A stretch of 63,096 nucleotides of DNA, filler included, from Octopus bimaculoides (lineage: Eukaryota), in the NCBI RefSeq assembly GCF_001194135.2. It is 4 parts of 4 records of this genome, joined end to end, with 100 filler letters (N's around TTAATTAATTAA, not from the genome) between each part and the next. Parts side by side here need not be neighbours in the genome. Positions count along the whole stretch, not along the records: positions 1 to 22,489 come from NC_068984.1; positions 22,590 to 45,282 come from NC_068981.1; 2 more parts are not named here. The stretch is one strand, 5' to 3'. The translations under genes and the position numbers were made by a program. This document shows, piece after piece, positions 11,761-23,231 of this stretch. The notes below the pieces were generated by a model. That model did not search any database. It saw nothing but the letters and a program-made list of their open reading frames with translations, and was not told the origin of the DNA. The first letter of the stretch is position 1. Every line of letters begins with the position of its first letter.

Positions 11761-13963
11761 GGGGTGTCTATTAAGGAGAATTTTACAATGTGGTGGTAGT
11801 GCTGGTGACGATGGGGATTTCATCAAAGACATACGAAAGGGTTGTTGATAAGGTGTTTGCGTACGTGTGTATTGTATGTACGTGTTTGTTGGCGTAGTGT
11901 TGTATGTATGTGCTAGTGTTGTTGTTTAAACCCAGGTAAAAATGTCTGATTGAGCAGATATATGGTCGAAGGCGTTCCAGCCACGACCATCTCGTCGATA
12001 TAAACATAGATCTAATGTGACACTCACGCACTCACCTTCACTTGATAAGGGTGCAATCTGATGGGAATATGTCTCCCACGTTGGTTTTATTATATATATA
12101 TATATNNNNNNNNNNNNNNNNNNNNNNNNNATATATATCATAAACAGGAGTTACACGACAGTCATTTTGTGATCTTTGCTACCCTGGTATCTATTGACCA
12201 ATTTATTTTGTCCGAGTTAATTATTAACTTAGAGAAAATAAATACATATAATAAAATATGTGTGTGTGTGTGAGTGTGTGTATGTGTGTGTGTGTGTAGG
12301 CGCGTGTGTTAATTAGTGTCAGGTGTGTATTTGTTATGTCTATATATCAGCGTATTATGCATGAATATGTGTGTGTTTGGGTGTGTGTCTGTGCGTGTGT
12401 GTGTTTGTGAATGTCGTGTTAATTTACGTGATATACAAGTGTACATGTGTAATTAGGTGCCTAGCTAAAGTACATATGTGTTTAGTTATGTGTGCATTTA
12501 TATATGTAGTTTGGAGTTATATCTATATTTCGGCGTGTATGTAGTTATATGTATATTTAGGTATGTGTATACATGGTACGTATATATATTCGTGCGTGTA
12601 GGTTTGTGTAGAGTTGTGTGTCTAGTTATGTATGTTATGTGTAGTAATATGTGTGGAACACTATCTGTGTACTGCAGGGGTGTACTTTGGCAAGTAATTT
12701 GATCTGTGACCAAGTTTTGAAACTAAAACAATTACAGCGTGGAACACACATTTTAGCAATTCAAAAACACATAAGCATTGCTATTTTCATTCAAATATTT
12801 ATTATTTGGTGTCAACATTTATATGAAATATCTATGTAGCTATTCAAAAACATAAACATTGTTAATTTCATTCAAATATTTATCTGATGTCAACATTTAT
12901 ATGAAATATTTATGCAGTTATTTAATTTGTGTAAAATTTGTGCAACGTGTGCATTGTTAGTTATTGTGTGTAACTATGTTTGTAGTATCTCCATCTACTC
13001 CCGGCACTCTTTTATCTCTAAATGTAGCCAAAGACTAAGAAGAGGTAAAGGACTGTCACAAGAATGGGTAGAGAACGAGGTATTTGCCAGTGAAACTTGG
13101 CAGTCGAGTGTTTTCAGGCTGTAAAGACCTATGGGACGTTGGATGTTTCAGATACATACAGAAGAAGAAACATCAGTCAAGTATAGTGTAGAGGCTGCTG
13201 GTAAAACATTCAAATGGCTTTGGCTGAAAAGAGGTGATTCTTGGGTCTAAGCTTGATCAACCCAGATCGAATCGCCTGGATGAAGGTGTATGTTATAAGA
13301 CCCAAAACATCGAGTGAATCCGAGATAAAACGCTGACGTTGTGCTCAAGCATTGCATCTGTAGATGTAAGATGCCAACGTACATCTACAACTTGTAGATA
13401 TATGTGTAGTTAAGTATATAGTTATGTGTATTTGTGTATATTTATTGGTGTAAGTAGATGTGCAGTTATGTGTAGGTGTGCATATTTATGCGTATAAGTA
13501 GATGTGTAGTTATACGTCAGGTAACGAGTGCAGTTATCCTTGCAGTTAAGTTTTTATTTAAATGTATCATATTGTTAGTTGCGTAGCTAGGTATATATGA
13601 ATAATTAGCTTTGTACAGTATAAGTGCAAATATTCTTTCAAACGGAGACTTTCAAATAAGAAAATGGTATGTATAAACAATAGTTTGTATAATTTAAATA
13701 CACCATTCATCTTTCTCATTGCTTCAGACTATATATACTTCTTCCCACCTCTCTCTCTTCTCACATTCTCTGTTCTATATCTTTCTCCGTTCATTATTTA
13801 TGTTTCTTCTCTTCTATCCCACTTTAAAATAATTCTCAACAATCCTGGCGCCGTATCTGTCTGTTAGTCTATCTGTCTGCCTATGTGTATGTGTGTCTAT
13901 CTGTCTGTTCATCTGTCTCTGTCTATTTGTTTGTTTTTCTCTACCCTCTCTCTTTCTCTTTAA

Positions 13964-14065
<102 letters not shown>

Positions 14066-15269
14066 GTGTGTGTTAGGCATCACGGAGGCAATGACCAAGA
14101 CCTTTGGCATTATGTCGTGCTTGAGAAGTATATATATATATATANNNNNNNNNNNNNNNNNNNNNNNNNNNNNNNNNNNNNNNNNNNNNNATATACATAC
14201 ATACATACATATATATATACATACATTCATGTAGAATTTTGAAGATGGAGAATTAATTTATGGAGTAGAGTGTAGATATAAAGTCACTGCTAATCTGGTA
14301 CAATAAGTAAAACAGGACTTATCTTGGATCAGTCTGTCGATTCAACAAAATAGAATGTCAGTAGTAAATGCCATTTGTAAGAAGTTAAACGAATTAGGGT
14401 TAGGCAAATTGGAAAAAAAAATATTTATATATAGAATTAAAGGATAATTGCAGGAAACAAATAGGTTTAGAATGGGGATTATAGGAATTCCATGCTAGGA
14501 ATTAAATGTTAAGAGACTTTAATTCCTGATGGTTAATAGTATTTGTAGTTAGTCGAATTAATTGATTAATAAAGAGCAGAATTTCATAGTTTTATTTTGA
14601 GGGGTTATGTTAAGATGCAATTGGTTGTTTGTAAAAGTGTAAACGTTAGAGTAAGTAAAATGTCAGAAAGTAATACTCTTGAGTTGCGAATGATTAAGCG
14701 GAGAGTGACACTTAAATATGGAATTGAGTATAGAGTAGAAGGGAAATCAGTATAATTATATGAACGGAAGAAATAAAGAGAAATTATAAGGGTAAGTGAA
14801 ATAGAAAGAAGGAAAATGTATAGGGGTGAATATCAAAATGATATGAATATATAGAGAGGTTTGTAAATGAGCAATTATGAATGTATATTGAAGAAAGGAA
14901 TGGTTGTGTGGCACTTTGAGTAAGAGCTTTTTTATATAACCCAAGGCCGATCGAAGTAGTGGGAAGAAGAGAATTTGGTAAATGAAAACTATGCAGAAAC
15001 CCAACGTGTGTGTGTGTGTATGTGTGTGAGTGTAATGTAAAGTGAGAAAATAATTAAAAATACAGAAACAGCAAAAGTATATAAACTAAGGTTAAGAGCT
15101 GGGTGTGGTTTGTAGACGGTGTATGTCGAGTGGGGAGGATTACGGTCAAATGTGAAAGGGTAGATGCTGAGGTCGATATGTGAGTATGTTTGTGGGCGTG
15201 AGAATAAGGATTATGGATATAAGTGTGTGCACAAGGAAGGAGTACGAGGTAACGTGAGGGCACGCCAGT

Positions 15270-17290
15270 GTGAGAATCCGAGTTAGGTAAACTGAGAGTA
15301 ATAATTTAGACTATAAAGAAAGAAGAGCTTCCGTTTCTTTTAGAAGCAAACGGTTGGGGATTCGGTGTTGGAGGCCAAACCATAGACTGAAAGATACTGA
15401 AATGGAGAGGTTGACAGAACGTAAATGTTAAGCGACAGACGACCTGTTGTGAACTGGATTGTCTGTGGGATGATCTACAAATCCCTTTACAGAGGGTAAT
15501 GAGTGCTTCCTTACTCCAATCCCTTTACAGAGAGTACTGAGTGCTTTTTTTACGTACCAAACACTAGTGAGATCACCAAATAGCTTACAAGATAGGACCC
15601 CTCAACAGAGCAGGGATGTAGTATTGAGGAAGCTTTATGCCAGGTGACGAAAGGTTAAATGATGATAGAGCGACAGAAACAGGTGTCTTTTTTAACTGTG
15701 ACAATAAATTGGAACCCTGTCATGAACAATGTTTGCTCAAATTTTTTATTAACAATTTTATTGGCCGAGAAATCTCTCCACCAACAAAGAAGCGACATTT
15801 GGCTGTCAATTTACCGATGTAAATTGAAAAGCAGAGGGAGTACTTCAGTGCATTGATATAGTTGATGAGTGTACATCAGAGACGGTGGAAACAGAGGAAG
15901 TAAGAGCCTAAGATAGTGTGTTTAGTGCAAGTTGAGTTGGAGAAGGAAAAATCAGAGTCAGAATCAGAAGTGGAAGTCGATGGTTTTAAATAAAACGAAT
16001 GATGCCAAGGAAATTGGCTACGGTTTCAGAGATAGAGGAGGTGCATTGAAGATAAGAGTGAAATGAACTGACAAGAGAGTTGAAAAAGTTTAGTTGTTTG
16101 AGACACAGCGTAACCAACGAACAGATTTGAGACACAGCGTAACCAACGAACAGATTTGAGACACAGCGTAACCAACGAACAGATTTGAGACACAGCGTAA
16201 CCAACGAACAGATTTGAGACACAGCGTAACCAACGAACAGATTTGAGACANNNNNNNNNNNNNNNNNNNNNNNNNNNNNNNNNNNNNNNNNNNNNNNNNN
16301 NNNNNNNNNNNNNNNNNNNNNNNNNNNNNNNNNNNNNNNNNNNNNNNNNNNNNNNNNNNNNNNNNNNNNNNNNNNNNNNNNNNNNNNNNNNNNNNNNNNN
16401 NNNNNNNNNNNNNNNNNNNNNNNNNNNNNNNNNNNNNNNNNNNNNNNNNNNNNNNNNNNNNNNNNNNNNNNNNNNNNNNNNNNNNNNNNNNNNNNNNNNN
16501 NNNNNNNNNNNNNNNNNNNNNNNNNNNNNNNNNNNNNNNNNNNNNNNNNNNNNNNNNNNNNNNNNNNNNNNNNNNNNNNNNNNNNNNNNNNNNNNNNNNN
16601 NNNNNNNNNNNNNNNNNNNNNNNNNNNNNNNNNNNNNNNNNNNNNNNNNCACAGCGTAACCAACGAACAGATTTGAGACACAGCGTAACCAACGAGCAGA
16701 TTTGAGACACAGCGTAACCAACGAACAGATTTGAGACACAGCGTAACCAACGAACAGATTTGAGACACAGCGTAACCAACCTGTTCGTTGGTTACGCTGT
16801 CTCACATTTGGGGCTCTTTATTGTGTCCATGACCAATCCAGTAATATGTTGATAGAGCTTAGACAAAAAAAAAACAAAAAACAATCAAGTGTAAATACGA
16901 CTTAGACTAAGGGAAGGCGTGGAAACACTTGGATAAAATTTGGCGGCGCGGATGCGTTCGTCGAGAAGGATGGCGATATAATAAAGTGATGATGATCATG
17001 CTGTGGTAATTGGAAACCGGGGAGAAAAGGAAAAGTTTAAGAGATGCAGTGCATTGTTGATATTGTGGTTGTGAGAGGGAAATGCAACCACCAGGAGTAA
17101 GAAGATAATATCAAGGTAGGAGGAGATAAGTTCAATGAGATGGATGTAGGCGGAGACAATAGGGCGGCCAGGTTTGCGGTGTTTCTGGATTTTAGGGAGA
17201 AGGTAAATTATGGAAATGGATAGACTGTATGATGAGGCGTGTGGGTATGTGAAAGGAGGCGACGAGATGACGGATGGTGGAGTAGACACG
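15270..17290 (-). mobile_element. Penelope-like element (RT + GIY-YIG), degraded, interrupted by a 29-bp minisatellite and a gap
   Basis: Collinear minus-strand motifs: YLLPKIQKHRKPGRPIVSA..ELISSYLD; YQHITGLVMDT (GxAMG-like); NLFVGY; LNFFNSLVSSFHSYLQCTSSISET..FL; YSLCFSIYIGK (GIY-YIG); QYLSVYGL. Confidence 0.85.
16097..16804. repeat. 29-bp minisatellite (TTTGAGACACAGCGTAACCAACGAACAGA)n with a terminal inverted unit
   Basis: About 5.3 units before and 4.5 after a 399-N gap (16251-16649), nearly identical (one AACGAGCAG variant), no spacers. Inverted partial unit at 16781-16804. Confidence 0.95.
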
Positions 17291-17504
17291 TTGTTGTTAT
17301 AATAGTACTCCGGGTTATTTTCTTTTTAGATTAATATACACACTACGTTATACCGTAACGCATTATTTGTTTATGTTGATAAGTTGGCGACAGCCTTTGG
17401 AGATGTAGAAAGCAATATGGTGATATTAAAGTAATGAAGTGATACATAATTAAGCGAACTTGGAATGCAAATATAGGCTAAGGTTTGTTGCATGCATGTA
17501 AATG

Positions 17505-17555
<51 letters not shown>

Positions 17556-17990
17556 TTGAGTGTGTAAATAGATGAATATAAGCATTCACATGCATATATA
17601 TATGTTTATATCTGCATGCATTCACACACACAGACACACACTCACACATACATACATATATAATGTATTGTATAGAAGAAAAATTATATACACAAAATGC
17701 AAACATGCATTCATGTGGTTATAGATGCATAAACGCATCCAAGTGTATATCTTTGTACATGTATGCATGTATGTTTATACATATATTTTTCATCGTATGT
17801 GCACACACTCTCATATATATGAATAAGCATACACAATTCATATATGAATATATATACATACACATAAATTATATATATATATATAAATATTCATATGTAT
17901 GTGTGCTTATATATATATATATATGTGTGTATGTATGTCTGTATGTATATGCATATATATGTATGTATATATATATATAGATAGATATGC

Positions 17991-18061
<71 letters not shown>

Positions 18062-18378
18062 CACACACATATACACACACACACACACAGATATGTGTGT
18101 GTGTATGAGGGCGTATGTATGCATGCATATCTCTTTGATCTATTACTTTTATAGATTCTATATTGTTTCAGGTAATAGAGCATCGAGTATTATTGCCATA
18201 TTCCAATTCATAACTTCGCATCTATTTTTCAACGGAAGAATTCCCTGGCTAATTCCATAACAGTTTCTGGCATTGTTACTAATAAGTTGCAGCAAATATA
18301 TACCTATTTCTGTCCTTACCAATATTTGTCAATGCTTATTTTTTCTGTCCAATTCCCCTCTAATTTCGCCATTTCTCA

Positions 18379-18440
<62 letters not shown>

Positions 18441-18493
18441 NNNNNNNNNNGTATGTATGTATGTATGTATGTATGTATGTATACACACATATA

Positions 18494-19115
18494 TACTGCG
18501 ATGAATAAACTGTCGTTTAAATTACGCAAAAATGAATATAATACTGACATCTCATTTTAACAGATACATTTACCAAAATTACAGAAAAATATCTTGAAAT
18601 ACTAAAGAGTAAATTTATTCAATAAAATCGCTATTGATTTCAACAACGACGTCCAGACGACTTTGGAATTTCCTGCAGCTCTTCTGGACGGTCTCGTTGT
18701 TTAAGTTGGTGAATACTGCCATAATCCTTCCTTTCACTTCATCTGAGGTGTTACAAGGAGTTTTGTTGGTCTCTCGCTCAACTGCGCCCCACACATAATA
18801 ATCAAGGTGGTTGCAGTCTGGGAAGTTAGGTGGCCTGATGTCCGGGGTGATGTGGTCTCAGAAACTGTCTGACAGCCATGACTGGGTTTTCCTGCTTTTG
18901 TGGTATAGTGCAGAGTCCTGTTGCCAGGCATAGGGTGTTCCAGCTGACACCCTCTTCACCCAGGACAGTACTACCTCCTCCAGGCACTTGATATACGCCT
19001 CCGTGTTGAGTCTGAGGCCGTGTGGGAAGATGAATGGAGGCAGAATGTCGCCATCACTAGTGATCACTCCAAACACCATGATGTTGACTGGATGTTTGGT
19101 TTTTATCACTCACGG
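18494..19115 (-). mobile_element. Tc1/mariner superfamily DD37D (maT-type) transposase remnant
   Basis: KHPVNIMVFGVITSDG...AWQQDSALYHK...W...PNFPDCNHLDYYVWG. I count 37 residues between the 2nd and 3rd catalytic Asp; one in-frame stop. Confidence 0.85.
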
Positions 19116-19146
19116 TACATGTCTCAGATTAAACTGTCCTCAGATT

Positions 19147-19362
19147 CTTTTCTACTCTAGGCACAAGGTCCGAAATTTTTTTGGAGGGACGCCATTTGAT
19201 TAGATCGACCCCAGTACGCAACTGGTACTTAATTTATCGCCCCCGAAAGGATGAAAGGCAAAGTCGTCCTCGGTGGAATTTGAACCCAAAACGTAAAGAC
19301 AGACGAAATACGCTAAGCATTTCGCTCGACGTGCTAACGTTTCTGCCAGCTCTTCGCCTTGC
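19147..19362 (-). mobile_element. Short tRNA-headed SINE with perfect 14-bp TSD
   Basis: Minus head AAGGCGAAGAGCTGGCAGAAACG...GGGTTCAAATTCC. TSD ACTGTCCTCAGATT at 19133-19146 and 19363-19376. Confidence 0.9.
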
Positions 19363-21085
19363 ACTGTCCTCAGATTGACACCCAAACACTCTTAAATGTT
19401 CGTATTGGGGCTTCCGGCGCAAACGCCAAGCAGTACAGCACGTCGTTTCCAAATTTCTGGCTGAGTGAATTGCGTCATGGAACTGTTTTATTCTCACAGA
19501 CGGTGCCCAACTGACCTTACTATACTGCTTAGCGGTATTTCGAAATGCTTACTAATAAGTTGCAGCAAATATATACCTCCTCCAGGCACTTGATATACGC
19601 CTCCGTGTTGAGTCTGAGGCCGTGTGGGAAGATGAATGGAGGCAGAATGTCGCCATCACTACTGATCACTCCAAACACCATGATGATATTTATAATGGCC
19701 CATTTTAGCTAGAGCGATGGGTATACCATTATAAGAGTAGCTTATGTTCATTTAGGTCACTTCCTGTCCATTTGAACTTTCCGTGACACAGCCAGGTCGG
19801 AGGTCGATTGGAAACTCATCATTCACTTTGACAGGACAGAAAGGTTTTCCAGCCTGGTCAGCAAATGGCGGGTGGATCTGGCGAGCGAGAATTCTTACAT
19901 TCAGTTTCGAATCTCAGCCAGGAAAATAAAATGTAGCTTCCACACATGGTGTTAGTTTACTTTAATAATGTTGACTTAAAATGGAAAGAAATATTAAATG
20001 TAAACCAAAGGTAATAACTTTCGACATTAGATCAGACAATATAGTAATAGTGTAGGTGACAGGGTGGAAAGCCATGGACCTAATTTTTTTCATTCACAAA
20101 ACATGCATTTTTTAAAAGGAAGTGAAAAATCTGAAAATCGGCTATAATAATGTAGCCTTCCAGTCTCATTGCTTTGAAGGTTTGATGTTGTGGAGAAAAA
20201 AAATGGAGAAAAAAGTTACAGAGGTTTAAAAATCGTAAAAACTGGGTATTTTTAGCCAATAGCAAGACAAAGATTTTCTGCGTTTAGCGGAGTGGTATCA
20301 ACTTTAAGGTTGTACCCTGTAAAATTTATAGTTTAGCCTCTGACCTGTTCATTGTAGGTTTCTAAATAAATAGAAATACCTAATAAAATCAACACGTATC
20401 ATCTTGTTGTTTCTTTTGTCTCTTCATTGATTTATTTTTTATCATTAAAAAAAAAATTTGTTACATTAATATATTTGTCTGCATGTGTTTACTTTATGTG
20501 TATTTCAGTATTATGTATACCTGTCATGTATTTGTGTACATCATTAATATATAAGTGCATGTGTGTGAGTGTGTGCGTGTGTGTGTGTGTGTGTGTGAGT
20601 GTGTGAAAAAGGGGGCGTCTGTCACCAAAACTCCAAAGATGAGTAACATTTTCACACTTGGATTTGTAAACTACGCAAAGAATAACACTGGTCAACAAAG
20701 AACATGTCCTAAGAAAAAAGAATACCTGTATCCTATATGTTTTTGCATGCAGAATTCAAAAACAATGTCAAATTATCCGTATCACCCACAACTTATCTGT
20801 TCCAAGATATCCCTACTCCTAATTTAAATTTTTATGAATAGAATTAACCTAGTGAAATCATAAATCCAGCTGACTCAATGAGTCCCAAAAATATATGAAA
20901 TGAAAAATATGTAAAAATACTAACTCACAGACAAAAGAACAGAAAAATATGTAATATACTAACACACGGAGAAATTAAAACAAAACACGCGGGTGAAAAG
21001 AATCTCGTGGTGTGAAGCGTCAAGTGTGAAAATTCAACATAGACAATGACGGCACAGACAACAGTGAATCACAACACAGCGTGCG

Positions 21086-21131
21086 GTTGTCGTGGTAACA
21101 AGCTGCTAATGCCACGCTATCTGTTGATTGG
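21086..21131 (-). promoter_or_regulatory. Candidate RFX X-box plus CCAAT box
   Basis: GTTGTCGTGGTAAC (21086-21099) fits GTHNYY-AT-RRNAAC with one mismatch; ATTGG at 21127-21131; unique CpG-containing context. Confidence 0.3.
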
Positions 21132-21840
21132 CTATAATTACCCAAATTTCCCAAATTTAATTCCAAATAACATCAGATTCTTTAATTTACGAGAAAAAGT
21201 AATTGGTCAATCGTAATCAAACTTCAGATTTGCATCGATACACCAAAATTGAAAGCAATCTGAGCAAAATTAAGGTGGGGGATCAGTTTGCGAATGAGAA
21301 AGACTAGATCCAAAGTCATAAACAGAAAATAGGGACGCATGAATTAGCGAGAGTTACGGAGAAGGGGGTGCAGAGATTGACAGATAAAGGAGCGAAGCGG
21401 AGGGCAAGAATAATGAAGTAATAAAGAAAAAAGTAGGGTCAATAATATAAGAGGATAGCTGACTGTAACATGAAATATAGTCTTTCCCAATCTCTTTCTC
21501 ACTGTCTCTCTCTCTCCTTCTCTCTNNNNNNNNNNTTGCGAATGAGAAAGACTAGATCCAAAGTCATAAACAGAAAATAGGGACGCATGAATTAGCGAGA
21601 GTTACGGAGAAGGGGGTGCAGAGATTGACAGATAAAGGAGCGAAGCGGAGGGCAAGAATAATGAAGTAATAAAGAAAAAAGTAGGGTCAATAATATAAGA
21701 GGATAGCTGACTGTAACATGAAATATAGTCTTTCCCAATCTCTTTCTCACTGTCTCTCTCTCTCCTTCTCTCTCTCTCTCCTTCTCTCTCTCTCTCTCCT
21801 TCTCTCTCTCTCTCACTCACTGTGTTTGTTATATATATAG

Positions 21841-22345
21841 GCGTAAGTGTGGCTGTGTGGTCCCTTTTATGTTTGTCTGTCCTTGTTCGTCCTCTCTTTG
21901 TAATGCCTTTATGGCAAATATTTATGAAATAAAGTAGCATGCTTACCAACCACATGGTTCCCGGTTCAGTCCCACTACGTGGCACCTTGGGAAAATGTCT
22001 TCTACTATAACCTCGGGCCGACCAAAGCCGACCAAAGCCTTGCGAGTGGATTTGGTAGACGGAAACTGAAAGAAGCCTGTCTTTTGTATTCCTTTCTGTC
22101 GAAGAGCGTAGGCTCGAAACGTTAAAGACTCTCATTTCCCGAGCATTAAACTAATACATCTGTTTGTTGTTTACACACCTGTCTTCGTCTTTTGTTTTTT
22201 TTTGTAAATTATCACTATATATATATATATATATGTATGTATATATGTGTGTGTGTATGTGCGTGTGTGTGCATGTGTGTGTATATGTTTGTGTGTCTGT
22301 GTTTGTTCCACCCAATATCGCTTGGTAACCGATGTTGGTGTGTTT
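21841..22345 (+). mobile_element. Microsatellite-containing SINE with nested insertions
   Basis: Head GGCGTAAGTGTGGCTGTGTGG, a ~70-bp insert, then AACCACATGGTTCCCGGTTCAGTCCCACTACGTGGCACCTTGGG...GGATTTGGTAGACGGAAACTGAAAGAAGCC, the hammerhead-bearing insert, (TA/TG)n and a 3' half. Confidence 0.75.
22092..22127 (+). ncRNA. Minimal hammerhead-like motif (related family)
   Basis: CTTT-CTGTCGA-A-GAGC-GTAG-GCTC-GAAA-CGT-T-AAAG. Confidence 0.55.
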
Positions 22346-22489
22346 GTAAGTCTAGTACTTATTCTATCGGTCTCTTTTTGCCGAACCGCTAAGTCACGAG
22401 GACGTAAACACACCAGCATCGGTTGTCGAGCGGTGGGGGGGGGACAAACACCGACACAAACAACAAACACCTACATATATATATATATA

Positions 22490-22589
22490 NNNNNNNNNNN
22501 NNNNNNNNNNNNNNNNNNNNNNNNNNNNNNNNNTTAATTAATTAANNNNNNNNNNNNNNNNNNNNNNNNNNNNNNNNNNNNNNNNNNNN
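22490..22589. other. Artificial scaffold-join spacer
   Basis: Exactly 44 N + TTAATTAATTAA (22534-22545; stops in all six frames) + 44 N = 100 bp. Confidence 0.92.
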
Positions 22590-22926
22590 TACATGGCTCG
22601 CACAGCTCTCACTAACCATTCTTCTATCCCAAGTTTCCTCATTGACCACCAGATAAGGGATCGGGGGACCCTGTCAAAGGCTTTCTCCATGTCAACGAAA
22701 GCCAGGTACAGAGGTTTATCCTTGGCTAGGTATTTCTCCTGCAGCTGTCTCACTAGAAATAAGGCATCAGTAGTGCTTTTACCTGACACGAACCCAAACT
22801 GCATCTCATCTAAATTGATTCGCTCCCTAATTAGTTGGGCTATGACCCTCTCTGTAACTTTCATAACCTGATCTAACAGCTTGATGCCTCTGTAATTATT
22901 TGTATCTAAAGCGTCACCTTTACCTT
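22590..22926 (-). mobile_element. RTE-clade LINE reverse transcriptase fragment, uninterrupted frame
   Basis: NNYRGIKLLDQVMKVTERVIAQLIRERINLDEMQFGFVSGKSTTDALFLVRQLQEKY...AFVDMEKAFDRVPR; truncated at the scaffold spacer. Confidence 0.95.
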
Positions 22927-23095
22927 AGATGATGGACCTATTTTATTGCTAAATTGATTGTAATGGAATAACAAGTACAGTGGGGATGGAATTCATCAAA
23001 TGTAACTACACATTCTTATAAAATTTAGGGACCTAAGCTAAAATTCGTGAAATCATTTTTGTTAATGATGTTGCTGGTATTGTTGTTGTTTTTAG

Positions 23096-23231
23096 GTTAA
23101 CCTGATTATACTTCGTCCAACTGCCCAAATAGTTATTGCACTAACCTTTGGTTACTATGCTATACACCCGTTCTATCCTTCTTGTGAACCACCTCCTGGT
23201 CTTGTGAAATTGTTGGCTGCATCCTGTATCA
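23096..23231 (+). CDS. SLC7A8-like: SLC7 exon A (136 nt, [11 protein letters not shown]...YPSCEPP...LLAASCI)
   Basis: tttttag|GTTAAC acceptor, ATCA|gtaagt donor. Contains the conserved Cys (TGT 23183-23185) equivalent to LAT1 C164, which bonds the SLC3 heavy chain. Confidence 0.95.

Noticed and set aside
12759-12918. ~83-bp two-copy tandem duplication (also small ones at ~15476-15545 and ~27200-27245)
   Set aside because: Real but ordinary diverged local duplications in non-coding sequence.
16097-16804. 29-bp repeat array as CRISPR
   Set aside because: Units are head-to-tail with no spacers, there are no cas genes, the context is eukaryotic, and the unit derives from Penelope RT.
21288-21773. 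238-bp perfect tandem duplication
   Set aside because: The identical copies are separated by a 10-N gap and end in a (CT)n run. This is typical unmerged contig overlap, i.e. an assembly artefact.
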